Below the pieces are notes generated by a model, which saw only the letters and a program-made list of their open reading frames with translations, searched no databases and was not told the origin of the DNA. The position numbers and the translations under genes were made by a program. 64,000 bases of DNA from Octopus sinensis. Its lineage: Eukaryota. The stretch lies in assembly GCF_006345805.1 (NCBI RefSeq), contig NC_043003.1:62558001-62622000 (forward strand), given 5' to 3'. Below, piece by piece: positions 52,225 through 64,000 of the stretch. Position 1 is the stretch's first letter, and each line of letters begins with the position of its first letter.

Positions 52225-52677
52225 TTCACACACACACACACACACACACACCTGTTAATTATTTAGAAGTTGTCAAATCTATGCCAAAAATTGATGTATA
52301 AACATGTCTGAAGAAAATTAGAAAAATGAAAATCAAGTTTTGAGCATCAATGTTTAACACTTGGAATGTAGATATTTTGGTGAGTTGGTATGCAATAAAA
52401 ATATGCTTCAGAAACATGACGCACTTGACAAAAATCTTTAAAAAAAGATAATTATAATTGCCTTTACAAAACATGTTTGAAGAAAGCTGCACTGCATTTA
52501 TTTATGCATCTGCGTGCACTCACACACATATACACATATCGTCCAGATAGAGCACCATTGAAGTTTCAATGTCAAGTGGAGTATGTAGATCAATAATTCT
52601 TAACCAGTTGTGCTCGTTACCACCTTCAGCAACATCTGAATTTTAAAACAGTCTGATACAATTCCCCACACCCATCT

Positions 52678-52708
<31 letters not shown>

Positions 52709-54450
52709 AACTAATTAATTGCCTCAAAAACCATCCCCTGAATACAAGCAAGCCAGCCACTGCACAGCATGAAAAATTAAAATTCTTCCACAGCAAAGAA
52801 AGAAATATCTACTACAACTTCACAAAGTGAAAGCAGCATGTTGTTATCAAAGATTACCATAATGAGCTTCTTTATTTATCAAATTTTCAGTGAGAAAACT
52901 AATTAAACTGATTAAATATTATTAAAGATTAAAATTTTATTGACCAGAAACTTCATTTTTATATTGGTTTTACTCTCACAGTAAAATTAATGTCATTATC
53001 AACTAAATTAGAAGGTAATAAATTTTTAAAATCTGTAACAGGATAAAAGTAAATAATCTTTATCAAGAAGATTAATCTAATTTAAAAGTGACTATTTATT
53101 TAAGGTAGCTTGTATAAACCTAATTATAAATTTAGTTTCTTAATTGGCAGACCTTAACAATCAAAGCATAAGAAGTGAAAAGTTATTTTGTTTTTATTTG
53201 AACACTTTTGTTTGCTATCGCTCCTTATTGTAATCTGATAAGCTTAAAATCTAATTTTTTTTTTTCATTCATGTCTTTAGATTTCACATTGATAATGAAT
53301 GATATTGATTACAATAAATGTCATTGAACTTTCATTAAAAAAGAATAAGTAACAGTCAAGGTGAAATAAATGTTTCTATAAGTATTGGTTTGATGTTTCA
53401 ACACCAGCACCGTAACAAAACTTAGATGTTTTTCCAAAGTATAACAGTGAAAAATGCCTTGCGTAATATAATATAATGAAAGCATTAAAGAATGAAAAAG
53501 TTGAATAATTGTAGTCTTGTGACTCTGTTTATTTCCAAGTAATTAAAAACGTTTATTTTATAAATGTTGACCTTTTACACACACCCCATAATCATTTTGA
53601 TTATACAATGTAAATGATTATTTATACTCGAATTGATATAGAAAAAACATTCCTCAATATAATATTCCATATAGCATTAAGTTGAAGTGAAGAGTTTTTT
53701 CTTGTGCTAGTCTTTCATTAAGCATAAAAGTATTTTATGCAAATATTGAAGTTATGGTTAGTGCTATGGAAAGACATGAAAATGGAAAGTGTCATCAATA
53801 CTCCAAGTAAATATTTGAAATATTGAGTTATTTTCATCCATTAATAACGAAGTTACTTAATGTGTTTATTATATGAAAATGACTTCAAGAATGATTGATC
53901 ATTTTAAAACAAAGCTTCTGGATAGAGTACTTCCATGATTTAAATTTTCCATGTTGATCCTATAATAGTCAACTAGAAAAAAATTACATGTAGCACATAA
54001 ATTTCTAAATTAGTCCCTGAATTTGGAATATGTCATACAACTGGTGACACTTTTATTTCTACCAGCTATATATGAAGTTATAAATACTATAATGAGATTT
54101 GCTAAAAATAAAATACCCTAAATAATTCTTCTCAGCAGTAGTTCAGTGTCAATAAGAAATGGCAGCTGACATAAAAAAATAATGACTTTGTAGTGATTTG
54201 CAGATTACATAGTTTTCCTTACAACTCAATGAGACAACTTTACATTACACTAAATCTTTGTCATTGACCTTTGGACATTATTCAAACACTAATGAAGGAG
54301 TTATAGATGTGTTCCTATTTGCAAAACAACTGGAAACTGACACAAAAGTCCTACAACTTATAGAGCAGCTATAATGGTAAAAATATTCTTCTTACAAATG
54401 TTATTGCATGTGCAGCTGATGGAACATCTACTAAATTTGGTTGCCATTAT

Positions 54451-55023
54451 TCTGCTGAGGTCGACTTTGCCTTTCATCCTTACAGGGTCAATAAAATATG
54501 TACCAGTTGTATACTAGGGATGAGCTAATTGACTGGCCCCTTTCCCCAAAATTTCGGGCTTTGCTCCTAGAGTAGAAAGGAATATTTTTAAGGTGGTGAG
54601 CAGGCAGAATTGTTAGCATACCGGGAGAAATGCTTAGTGCTATTTCGTCTGTCACTACTTTCTGAGTTCAAATTCCATCTAGATTGACTTTGCCTTTCAT
54701 CCTTTCAGGGTTGATAAATTAAGTACCAGTGAAACACTGGGATCGATGTATTCGTCTAGTCCCCACTCAACAAATTTGAGGCCTTGTGCTTATAGAAGAT
54801 ACGATTATTAAGGTGGCGAGCTGGCATAAATGTTAACAAACCAGGCGAAATGCTTAGCAGTATTTTATCTGTCTTTATATTCTGAGTTCAAATTTGGCTG
54901 AGATCGATTTGCCTTTCATCCTTCCAGGGTCAATAAATTAAGTACCAGTTGCATACTGGGGTCGATCTAATCGACTGACCCCTCACCAAAAATTTCAGGC
55001 CTTGTGCCTAGAGTAGAAAAGTA
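54451..55023 (+). mobile_element. SINE family B, head-to-tail array (1 partial + 2 full ~220-bp units)
   Basis: Unit AAGGTGGCGAGCTGGCAGAA...GAGTTCAAATTCC...GCCTTTCATCCTTTCAGGGTCGATAAATTAAGTACC; the central segment resembles my recollection of the Meta/MESC SINE domain. Flanked by TTGGTYGCCATYAT repeats. Confidence 0.85.
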
Positions 55024-55031
55024 TTGGTCGC

Positions 55032-56260
55032 CATCATCATCATCATCGTTTAACGTCCGTTTTCCATGCTAGCATGGGTTGGATGGTTCAACTGGGGTCT
55101 AGGAAGCCAGAAGGCTGCGCCAGGCCCAGTCTGGTCAGGCAGTGTTTCTACAGCTGGATGCCCTTCCTAACGCCAACCACTCCATGAGTGTAGTGGGTGC
55201 TTTTTACGTGCTACCTGCACAGGTGCCAGACGAGACTGGCAAACGGCCACGATTGGATGGTGCTTTTTACATGCCGCTGGCACGGGGTCCAGACAAGGTT
55301 GACAACGGCCACAATCGAATGGTGCTTTTTACATGCCACTGGCACAGAGGCCAGTTGGGGCGGCGCTGGCTACGGCCACATTCGGATGGTTCTCTTACGT
55401 GCCACCGGCACTGGTATCACAGCTACAATTTCCATTGATGTTGATCGATTTCAATTTTGATTTTCATTTGCCTCAACAGGTCTTTACAAGTAGGGTTTGT
55501 GTCACAAGAAGGAAAGGTATGCATAAGTGGGCTGGCTACGTCCCAGGTAGAGGCCACAGGTTATGGTCTCACTTGTCCTGCCGGGTCTTCCCACGCACAG
55601 CATACTTCCAAAGGTCTCCGTCTCTGGTCATTTCCTTGGTGAGACCTAAATTTCGAAGGTCGTGCTTCACCACCTCGTCCCAGGTTTTCCTGGGTCTACC
55701 TCTTCCACAGGTTCCCTCAACTGCTAGGGTATGGCACTTTTTCATACAACTATCTTCATCCATTCTCGCTACATGACCATACCAGCGCAAACGTCTCTCT
55801 TGCACACCACAACTGATGCTTCTTAGGTCCAACTTTTCTCTCAAGGTACTTACACTCTGTCAAGTATGAACACTAACATTACACATCCATCGGAGCATAC
55901 TGGCTTCATTTCTTGCGAGCTTATACATATCCTCAGCAGTCACAACTCATGTTTCACTGCCATGTAGCATGGTTGTTCGTACACATGCGTCATACAGTCT
56001 GCCTTTTACTCTGAGCGAGAAGCCTTTTGTCACCAGCAGAGGTAAGAGCTCTCTGAACTTTGCCCAGGCTATTCTTACTCTTAGCCTGGGCAAAGTTCAG
56101 AGAGCTCTTACCTCTGCTGGTGACAAAAGGCTTCTCGCTCAGAGTAAAAGGCAGACTGTATGACGCATGTGTACGAACAACCATGCTACATGGCAGTGAA
56201 ACATGGGTTGTGACTGCTGAGGATATGTATAAGCTCGCAAGAAATGAAGCCAGTATGCTC
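55032..56260 (-). mobile_element. Second RTE copy of the same family, 5'-truncated, with fold-back inverted duplication at its 5' end
   Basis: ORF 55569-55844 is nearly identical to the C-terminus of the 48-50 kb ORF. Same 3' UTR; tail seen as (CAT)n at ~55032. 55893-56071 and 56082-56260 are inverted copies. Confidence 0.93.
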
Positions 56261-56899
56261 AAGCACGTTTAAATGAAGCAGCTTCAGATATCTTTATGGT
56301 TCCCTATATTAGTCATTAACAACACTTAGCTGCAAAACATCTCAGCAAAACATCTCATAAAAATTTATGCAATGATATTAAAGCAGTGAATACCTGCATT
56401 TATTATACACTGGTCTATTCAGGCTAGTGCCCTCATTTTGGTCTTTAAAGTCACAACATCTCAACCATTGTAACCTCTATCCTTCTTCAAATGCCTGTTG
56501 TATTTGGTAACATCCTCAGAATATCAAAATAAATTCTTTATTGAACCCATGTCAGTAGATTCTTCTCATTGAGGACCAGGCAAATTTTCCTATCATTTAT
56601 TGTCCCATTTGTGGTAATGTTTCCTTGTTCTGCTTGAACTAGTGTATATATAATTTGACTGGCCCAGGTGTTGAACTTATACCCACAAACTAAATTATAC
56701 ACTTAACCTTTGACACATAATCAATACTTATATTCACTATTCCATTGTTCTGTAGGACAATAAGATAATCATTATTAGAAGCGTTTAATGTAACTTTTTA
56801 TTGCCATAGACATAATTAGTTAATCCTTAATTAAAAGCATTCATATGATGTTCTTTTCTAAGCTAGTCTTACTGAGGAAAATATCAAAGTCTAGCATAT

Positions 56900-57365
56900 T
56901 CTTTTATTCTTTTACTTGTTTCAGTCATTTGGCTGCAGCCATGCTGGAGTACCATCTTGAAGGGTTTCAGCTGAACGAATCAACCCTAGGACTTATTTTT
57001 TTAAGCTTAGTACTTATTCTATCTGTCCTTTTTGCTGAACTGCTAAGTTATAAGGATGTAAACATACCTACAGTGGGTGTCAAGCTGTGGTGGGGGTGAC
57101 AATCACAGACACAAGGACATACACACATAGTTATATACATACATATATGTATATAAATGTATATATATATATGTGTCTGTATACATATATATATATGCAC
57201 ACACAATAGGCTTCTTTCAGTTTCTGTGTACCAAATCTGCTCACAAGACTTGGGTTAGCCCAAGGCTATAGCAGAAGACATATGCCCAAAGTGCCGCACA
57301 ATGGGACTGAATAGAGAATTATATGATTGGGAAGCAAGCTTCTTACCATACAGCCATGCCTGTGT
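56900..57365 (-). mobile_element. SINE family A
   Basis: Similarity to 43336-43760. Confidence 0.82.
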
Positions 57366-59998
57366 TGATTATTTCAATCATCTTATCTTCCAGTGTATTG
57401 CTTCCCATCTATTATCTTGACTTTGTTTCATGAAGTTTAGCGATTCCCCTTTTCTATCTACAGATTATCAAGCATGCCAGAATTTTCTGTCTCAGTACAA
57501 ATTACCCTTTTATGATGTTCCTCTAATCTTACTTAAAGGGGCAACTGGACCACCTTTATAATATCTACCACTAAGATAAAATACCTACTGTTCTTAGTCA
57601 CGATCTCTTCTGATGGAGGCCTTGCTGGAATACAGTCCTGATGTTGTATAAATCTCAAATCTTACTTAGAGGTATGTTGGGGAAATATTTGCTAATTATA
57701 CTAAAGGAGTATTAGGTTATATCTGAAATATGACATAAGCAAAAGAATAGAAAAACACTGATCTAGAGTATGTTGTCCTGCCAGAGCACATTTTGTAGAT
57801 CAAAACAGAATTAAAACTCAACCATGCAAACTGGTTAAATTCTCACCAGTTATAATGAACTTGCATTCATTGCAGAGTTGTGATCTATAAACAATGGACA
57901 GATTACAACACTTCATTGGAATACTAATCAGAGAGTTTTTGGCAGTATGCTGAAATCATATCAGCTTAGCCCAAATCATTCAAATTATTTCATTTTTGAA
58001 AATATCTGTGGAAATCCAGAACAGTATTGCATTCCTTTTAGTAATATGCTGCTATTTTTTTACATTACTTATGACTAGTTTTTAGAACTAGTCATAATAT
58101 TTCTGTCAAGTGTCTGTGATAGTACATTCTTTAAAAAACACTGTTAAACTTTTGTAATTCACTTCTAGATCCATTTAGGGATAAGGGTTTATTTCTACCA
58201 AAATATTCAGTTTTACCCCATATTGTAGTTTTTAAACAATAACATCATTGATTACTGATTCCCAATAAGTCAATCACTAAGCTACCGCATTTAGGGTAAC
58301 AAAAGTGACAAGGGTGTTTCTGTGAAACTTGGGTGGAACAAATATAACTGATTTGTTAGTTTTCTTGCTGATGCTTACATTTTTCACTGGTATATATTGG
58401 GAGAAGATTTACACACACACACACACACATATAATCAAACATGTATATGCAGACACTTTGCTTTGTGGTTAAGATGCAAGATTCATGATCAATTAAAGGT
58501 ACATTGTATCCTTAGCAAAACACTTCATTTTATGTTGTTCCAGTCCACTCATACTAAAAACTGAGTGCCAGCAGTAGGTGGGAGTTAACCCAACAATAAA
58601 CTGGCATCTTTGTCAGAGAAGTTTCTTGTACCCCCATTAGCTTAACAGCTCAAAAGTCAGTATACACTCTGCCTAATGAGCCTCTAGGCTCAATATAAAC
58701 TTTATAATGACACATACATGCACATACATACAAAAACACACATACATACATGCACAAACACACACACAAATGTGCACATGCATGCACACACACACACATG
58801 CAAATTCCACTCACAAAGCATTCATCAACCTCAGACTGTGGTAGAAGACAGTTGCTCAAATTACTGAGTCTTATTTGAACCTGAAACCATTCAGATTCAA
58901 AACTTAACTTCCACACCACTTCTTTACTCTCTTAATCACACAATTATGCATGTGCTTCCCACTCGTTTGAGTCTGCTATTCTACATACACCATCCTTTTC
59001 TCTACAAAACATTTTTCCTTCTATCAAAATAAGCTATTTCATAATATTCACCTTTGTCCAGATTTGGATCTAAATTATTATTTTTCCTATTTGTAATTCT
59101 CCATTGCATTGTTAAATACTGTTTCATAAATGAATATATGTGGCACCATAATATGTAAATGTTAATAGAGTTGGGTGTCGCTTTGAGTTAAATGTCATAA
59201 GAGTTAAGAGTCAGTGAAAATTGGTGCTCAGAACAATGATAGCAATATTCTGCATATTCAAAGGAGATGTTACCTGGACATCAGTGTGTATTATGAGCCA
59301 GATTAAGAGCACATTACCTTTTAGATTCATGTGAAAATTTCCATTGTGCTATGGTGGAATATGATGACATGAAAATTAATAAATTAGTTATCAGGATAAC
59401 ATTGAGATACTTCCAGGAATTATTATAAATTTTTACAAATAAGATCTAAAGCTAAGACAGACATAAAAAGATCAAATTTGATAAGCTTGATAAACTACCA
59501 GAAAGGTATACAATTACAGGGATTCTATTTTCATAACCTTAATGCACCACATATAGACATGGAATAAACTTTTACCTGAGTTAAAACATCACATTAAATG
59601 GGATGAAAGAAGTAACAATATTACCCTCTCAGGAACTGTCTCTGATCTTTAGACATGTTAAATGGAATGCCTAAATGTTGCTTAATGTGAATGATGAATG
59701 TCACTTCTGTAACCAGTTTTCTAAAAAAAGTAAATTATATCTCAACAAGGTATCCTCTATTAGCCTTCATAGAATATTCTTGAATAGGAATTAGTGTACA
59801 AAATCTGCAAGTTATGTGTCTAGCTGCCAAGATTCAATTTTTTAAAAATAAACTTGCATTACACTTACACACACTGCCACCAGTACTTGTGTTCCACCTC
59901 ATCATCATCATCATCATTAACATCATCATTAACATCATCACAAGCACTACCATTACACCACCACTATCATCATATCTTTTTAGTGTTAGCTTTTGGAT

Positions 59999-60324
59999 CA
60001 GTGGTTCTCAACCATTGTCCATATGGCCTCTGAAGTCCATATAAGAGTTTTTGGGGTCCATACAACAAAAAAGTAAATTGTTCGCAATAGTACTTTAAGG
60101 GCTCTGAAAAAGTTTTGTTTTCGATGTATATATTGCCATATATTGCAAGAAACAGTTTGGTTTCTTTCTTGAACATTTTACATAGTTAAACTTATGCAAG
60201 TTAATATGTGAAAAGCAAAATAAGAATTTTGAAAGAAGTTTCTATAAAACTAGCTTTTAAACATCAAATGTCCATAAGGGTTCACCAGATTAAAATACTA
60301 ATCAAAAATGTTTGAGAACCCCTG
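59999..60324. mobile_element. hAT-type MITE
   Basis: TIRs CAGTGGTTCTCAA / TTGAGAACCCCTG; flanks TTTTGGAT / TTTTAAAT match at 6/8 (decayed 8-bp TSD). Related to 13827-14485. Confidence 0.7.
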
Positions 60325-61085
60325 TTTTAAATGATGGCACTACTTGAGAGAATATGCTGTACAACAATTTTACTTGTGCATGATCTCTTTTTTGACCTGT
60401 CTATGTCTTATGTTTTCATCACTGTTCTTGTGCTATAAGCACCATCCACTGTCAGCACATAACACTTTGTGTTACACAATACTTCTTAACATTCATGACA
60501 ATTGCATATGCTCACACAATTGTCCCTTCTGCATAAATTAACTGTTTTAATGACCAACCACTCAATCTCTAATGTTGTCAATACTGTTGTTTTAGCATCC
60601 ACTTTTCTATACTTGCTTGGGTCAGGCTGAATTTGTTGATTCCTATCTTCCAAGTTCACTCTCAAGGCTTTGATTGGCCTGCGACTATAGTAGAAGACAC
60701 ATGTTCCACGTTTTGCCAAGCACTGAGATTCCAAAACTTTTACCATAAAATAATCTATAATCAATATTCTTCTCTAACCTTTTTCCATGCAAAAAATAGG
60801 TAAACTAGTAAATAACCTGCTCAAAAAAAATGAAATCAAGATGTGTCAACCACTACTACAAGAGGTCTTCATATGTTCATATGGTTGTGGTATGGCGTAT
60901 TTGCAGATATTGGTCCAGAAACAACACATGAAAATTGTGTGTACATAACTTGTTTACCTCTTTGATTTGTGTACATTCATAAGGTAAGGCAGAAAGTAGG
61001 AAGACAACGCTAATACAGAAAAATTTCCCAACTAAATGTATTTGTGAATATATTTTATATCTTATTGAATATATTATATATTTTA

Positions 61086-61248
61086 TAGGCGCAGGAGTGG
61101 CTGTGTGGTAAGTAGCTTGCTTACTAACCACATGGTTCCGGGTTCAGTCCCACTGCGTGGCACCTTGGGCAGTGTCTTCTACTATAGCCTTGGGCCAACC
61201 AAAGCCTTATGAGTGGATTTGGTAGATGAAAACTGAAAGAAGCCTGTC

Positions 61249-61293
<45 letters not shown>

Positions 61294-61650
61294 CATACAT
61301 ACATACATTTACTGAATCTTCAGTCATTTTATAAGCTAGACCACTGGTTTTAAATTGATATTAATCAAATTAATATCCAATTTTTCACCCTCATTTTAAT
61401 TTTATGTATGTGTGTGTGTGTGTGTGTGTGTATGTTTGTGTGTTTGTGTTTGTCCCCCCCCCCAACATCACTTGACAACCGATGCTGGTGTATTTACATC
61501 CCCATCATTTAGTGGTACGGCAAGAGAGACCGATAAAATAAGTACTAGGCTTACAAAGAATAAGTCCTGGGGTCAATTTGCTTGACTAAAGGCGGTGCTC
61601 CAGCATGGCCACAGTCAAATGATTGAAAGAAATAAAAGAATAAAAGAATC
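61086..61650 (+). mobile_element. SINE family A with ~95-bp foreign insert in its microsatellite
   Basis: Head 61086-61250, insert ~61309-61405, tail to ~61650. Confidence 0.88.
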
Positions 61651-61824
61651 ACACAGCCAGCTATCATTTGTGAGTGAGTAAAAGTTGGTAATGTATACCA
61701 TGCTTTTGCTAATTGTTTTAGGTGCTTGCATAATTGCAAACAGGTATAGACACCATCTCAGCCTCCTCACTCTTGATCCATCCAGGATGTGACAAGTGGA
61801 GAGAGAGATAGAGAGCTACATGGG

Positions 61825-61972
61825 CATGGTTGGTACTCATTTTCAGCTGAGTTGACTGGAGAAACTTGAAATGATGTACCTTGCTCAAGGACATGACATG
61901 CTGCCCAGTTCAAGAATTGACCCCACAACCTTACTTTCATGAGACAAATGCCATCAACACTAGGCTACATAT
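61825..61972 (-). mobile_element. SINE family C head
   Basis: Reverse complement of head and CCTTGAGCAAGG segment. Confidence 0.6.
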
Positions 61973-63281
61973 CTTCATTTTATCCAAATATTTCAAAAGC
62001 AAAAAATTAAGTCTTTGCAACCCTTTCAGAAATATACTGATCTGAGTAGAGTCATGGTCCATAGGTTGAGAATTAATAATCTAACAAATCTTACCTACCT
62101 CAATTCCCTTCAGACTCTACTGATCTTCAGTTATTATTCTCCATATCCCTCTGTCATGCTGGTCTGCTTTTCAGAAACACTTTATTGACTACTCTGTTGC
62201 TCTACTGCTTTTTTTTTCTCCAACTATTCTACTTTGACTACAGCCTCCTCCCTTCTGTACTAAGTAGGTTACATTGAACCAATGAAGAAGTATTTGTGTG
62301 GTTATTTGACTAACTAGAAACACCAGGCAAAACTGTCTCAAATCACACCCGACCATCTTGAACCCTTTAGCATTCAGATATCTCTGTCAAATAGAATGCT
62401 TATTTATTCATATTGTTTTCAGTTAATCCTGCATTATCTTGTGGCTTTGTGATTTCAATGATGTGTTTGTTTAGTTTTAGAATGACTTTGTAGGGTAGGT
62501 ATACGAGGCTGAGTCATGACAGTTTGAACATAAAACAGCTGGAATATTTGAGCTGGATATGGCCAGTTTAAACATTAAATGCTTAAAAAGGAAGGATACA
62601 AAGAATAATGTATTCCAAGTTATACTTAGCTTGAAAAAAGATGCAGCGATAATAGCTAGGCTACTTTTGATGATAGGTTTTGCATGTTCAGGGTGACATA
62701 GAGGCTAAACTTCTTTTTCTTGCTACATTACCTAGGTAAGAGTATTACATTTAGTGAACCTGCAGTGCAATTTACGAACTTCGTTCATGTCTGCACTTAT
62801 TATATCCTTCTGTTTCACAATGAAATTACAGTTATTAGATCCTGTGCACCTTTAGCAAAAAGATTGCTTATATGCTTACACTATGAATGCAACCTTGTAA
62901 GATATGTCAAAAATTGACTGGTGTCCTAATGAATGGCTTAACAATACTGAATAGCTATAACAGATACAAGCTGAGAAGATAGTAAATTACACTGACCAAT
63001 CTAACAAATTAAATTCATTATGGCATAATTATATTTGTAATGGAACTGACTCGCTTCACAGTCATTTCTACAAAGACACTGATAACTTACTTACTTATAA
63101 ATTTAGACATATGGAAATGTCAGGATGTTGCCAAGATTGGTTTTCTTTTCTTTTCTTTTTTTTCTTGTTTCTCAACATTCATTTGCTAGGAATATTTGTA
63201 TACATATGTAACTGAGAAATATATATGCCATTCTTTGCTATATAAGAAAGGTAAAACCTAATAATACTCAGTAATTTTCAG

Positions 63282-63391
63282 ATGATGAAGACAATGATGA
63301 TGCTGATAGTGGTGGTGGTGGTGGTGGTGGTGGTGGCGGTGACGGTGACGGTGGCGGCGGCGGCGGTGGTGGTGGTGATGATGATGATGAT
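63282..63391 (+). repeat. (GAT)/(GGT)/(GGC)n trinucleotide tract
   Basis: Directly visible. Confidence 0.95.
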
Positions 63392-64000
63392 TTCACTAAA
63401 TCCATAACTGATGTCGTCCAGAACTCAGAGCAAATACCTGCCTGGTTGACTGAAATAACAACATACTTTCTACCAAAAACTGAAGACATGAAAAATCCAA
63501 AGAACTACATGTCTCAACACCACCTACAAGATCCTCACATCTATACTAACTGAAAGGATGTACACTTTCCTGGAACAAAATATCCTTCCACAAGCTCAAA
63601 AAGGTTGTAAAAGGAATTCTTATGGTTGTAAAGGTCAATTACTTATAAATAGAATGATTGTAGAGAATTGCTGGAGCAACAAGAAAACCTGAGTATGGCA
63701 TGGATAGACTACCGGAAAGCGTTTGATAGTGCCCTGCGTTATTGGCTACCCAAGGCCCTTGAGATATGCAAGATCTCTCCTGTAGTCTCCTAATCCTTAC
63801 AAGGTAGTATGGCCAAATGGAATACATGTCTCCTAAACCATAGTAATGGGATGAGCTAATCTAACATCAACATCAAATAAAGCATCTTTCAAGATGACTC
63901 CTTCTCCCCATTACTCTTTTGCATGGTACTGATCCCACTCTCAAACAAACCGAGTAACACCAGGTATGGGTTCGAAGTGTATAATACTGTAGTATACCAT
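63390..64000 (+). mobile_element. R4/Dong-like (RLE-type) non-LTR retrotransposon RT fragment, decayed, runs off window
   Basis: LLINRMIVENC, NLSMAWIDYRKAFDS and SIFQDDSFSPLLFCMVLIPLS, with frameshifts. Confidence 0.8.

Larger units (their letters stand above)
53766..56400 (+). pseudogene. hAT (Buster/Charlie; ZBED8/SCAND3-like) transposase remnant split by SINE and RTE insertions (pieces ~53766-54450 and 56261-56400)
   Basis: Manual translation gives KCHQYSK, MCLLYE, FSLQLNETTL, VFLFAKQLETDTK and LLTNVIACAADGTS. After the insertions it resumes with ISH*QHLAAKHLS...IKAVN, resembling the hAT CxDGAxxM / HCxxHxxxL motifs. Confidence 0.75.

Noticed and set aside
52520-52640. Short minus-strand exon-like open frame (DVAEGGNEHNWLRII...)
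   Set aside because: Weak acceptor, no donor, no recognisable similarity.
59240-59720. Possible Harbinger/ISL2EU transposase relic (AHIDME-like motif)
   Set aside because: Single weak motif amid stops; cannot be supported without a search.

Overview
AT-rich, repeat-saturated eukaryotic DNA with no recognisable host protein-coding gene. The SINE families and microsatellite load suggest an octopus/cephalopod intron or intergenic region (inference from recalled family style, not a search). Most ORFs in the track are translated microsatellites or repeats. The one long real ORF is a young, 5'-truncated RTE-clade LINE (48059-50755) with a PHD-type zinc finger inside its RT domain. Other supported elements are many truncated RTE 3' ends, three tRNA-derived SINE families, a Tc1 (DD34E-type) element, a DD37D/maT remnant, a hAT (Buster/Charlie-like) remnant, decayed Ty3/Gypsy, Penelope-like and R4/Dong-like remnants, a non-autonomous Helitron and several MITEs. 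The most unusual observation is a young ~776-bp tandem repeat (9031-10715). On the minus strand each unit carries the conserved hammerhead-ribozyme nucleotides with perfect stems I and III, but the three strands are in an order that is not a circular permutation of type I/II/III. This is a candidate pseudoknotted hammerhead in a retrozyme/Penelope-LTR-like unit; its activity is untested and its stem II register is imperfect. Also notable are a perfect fold-back 5' end on a second RTE copy, recurring fold-back-ended inserts in (TA)n tracts, and a microhomology-flanked templated insertion.
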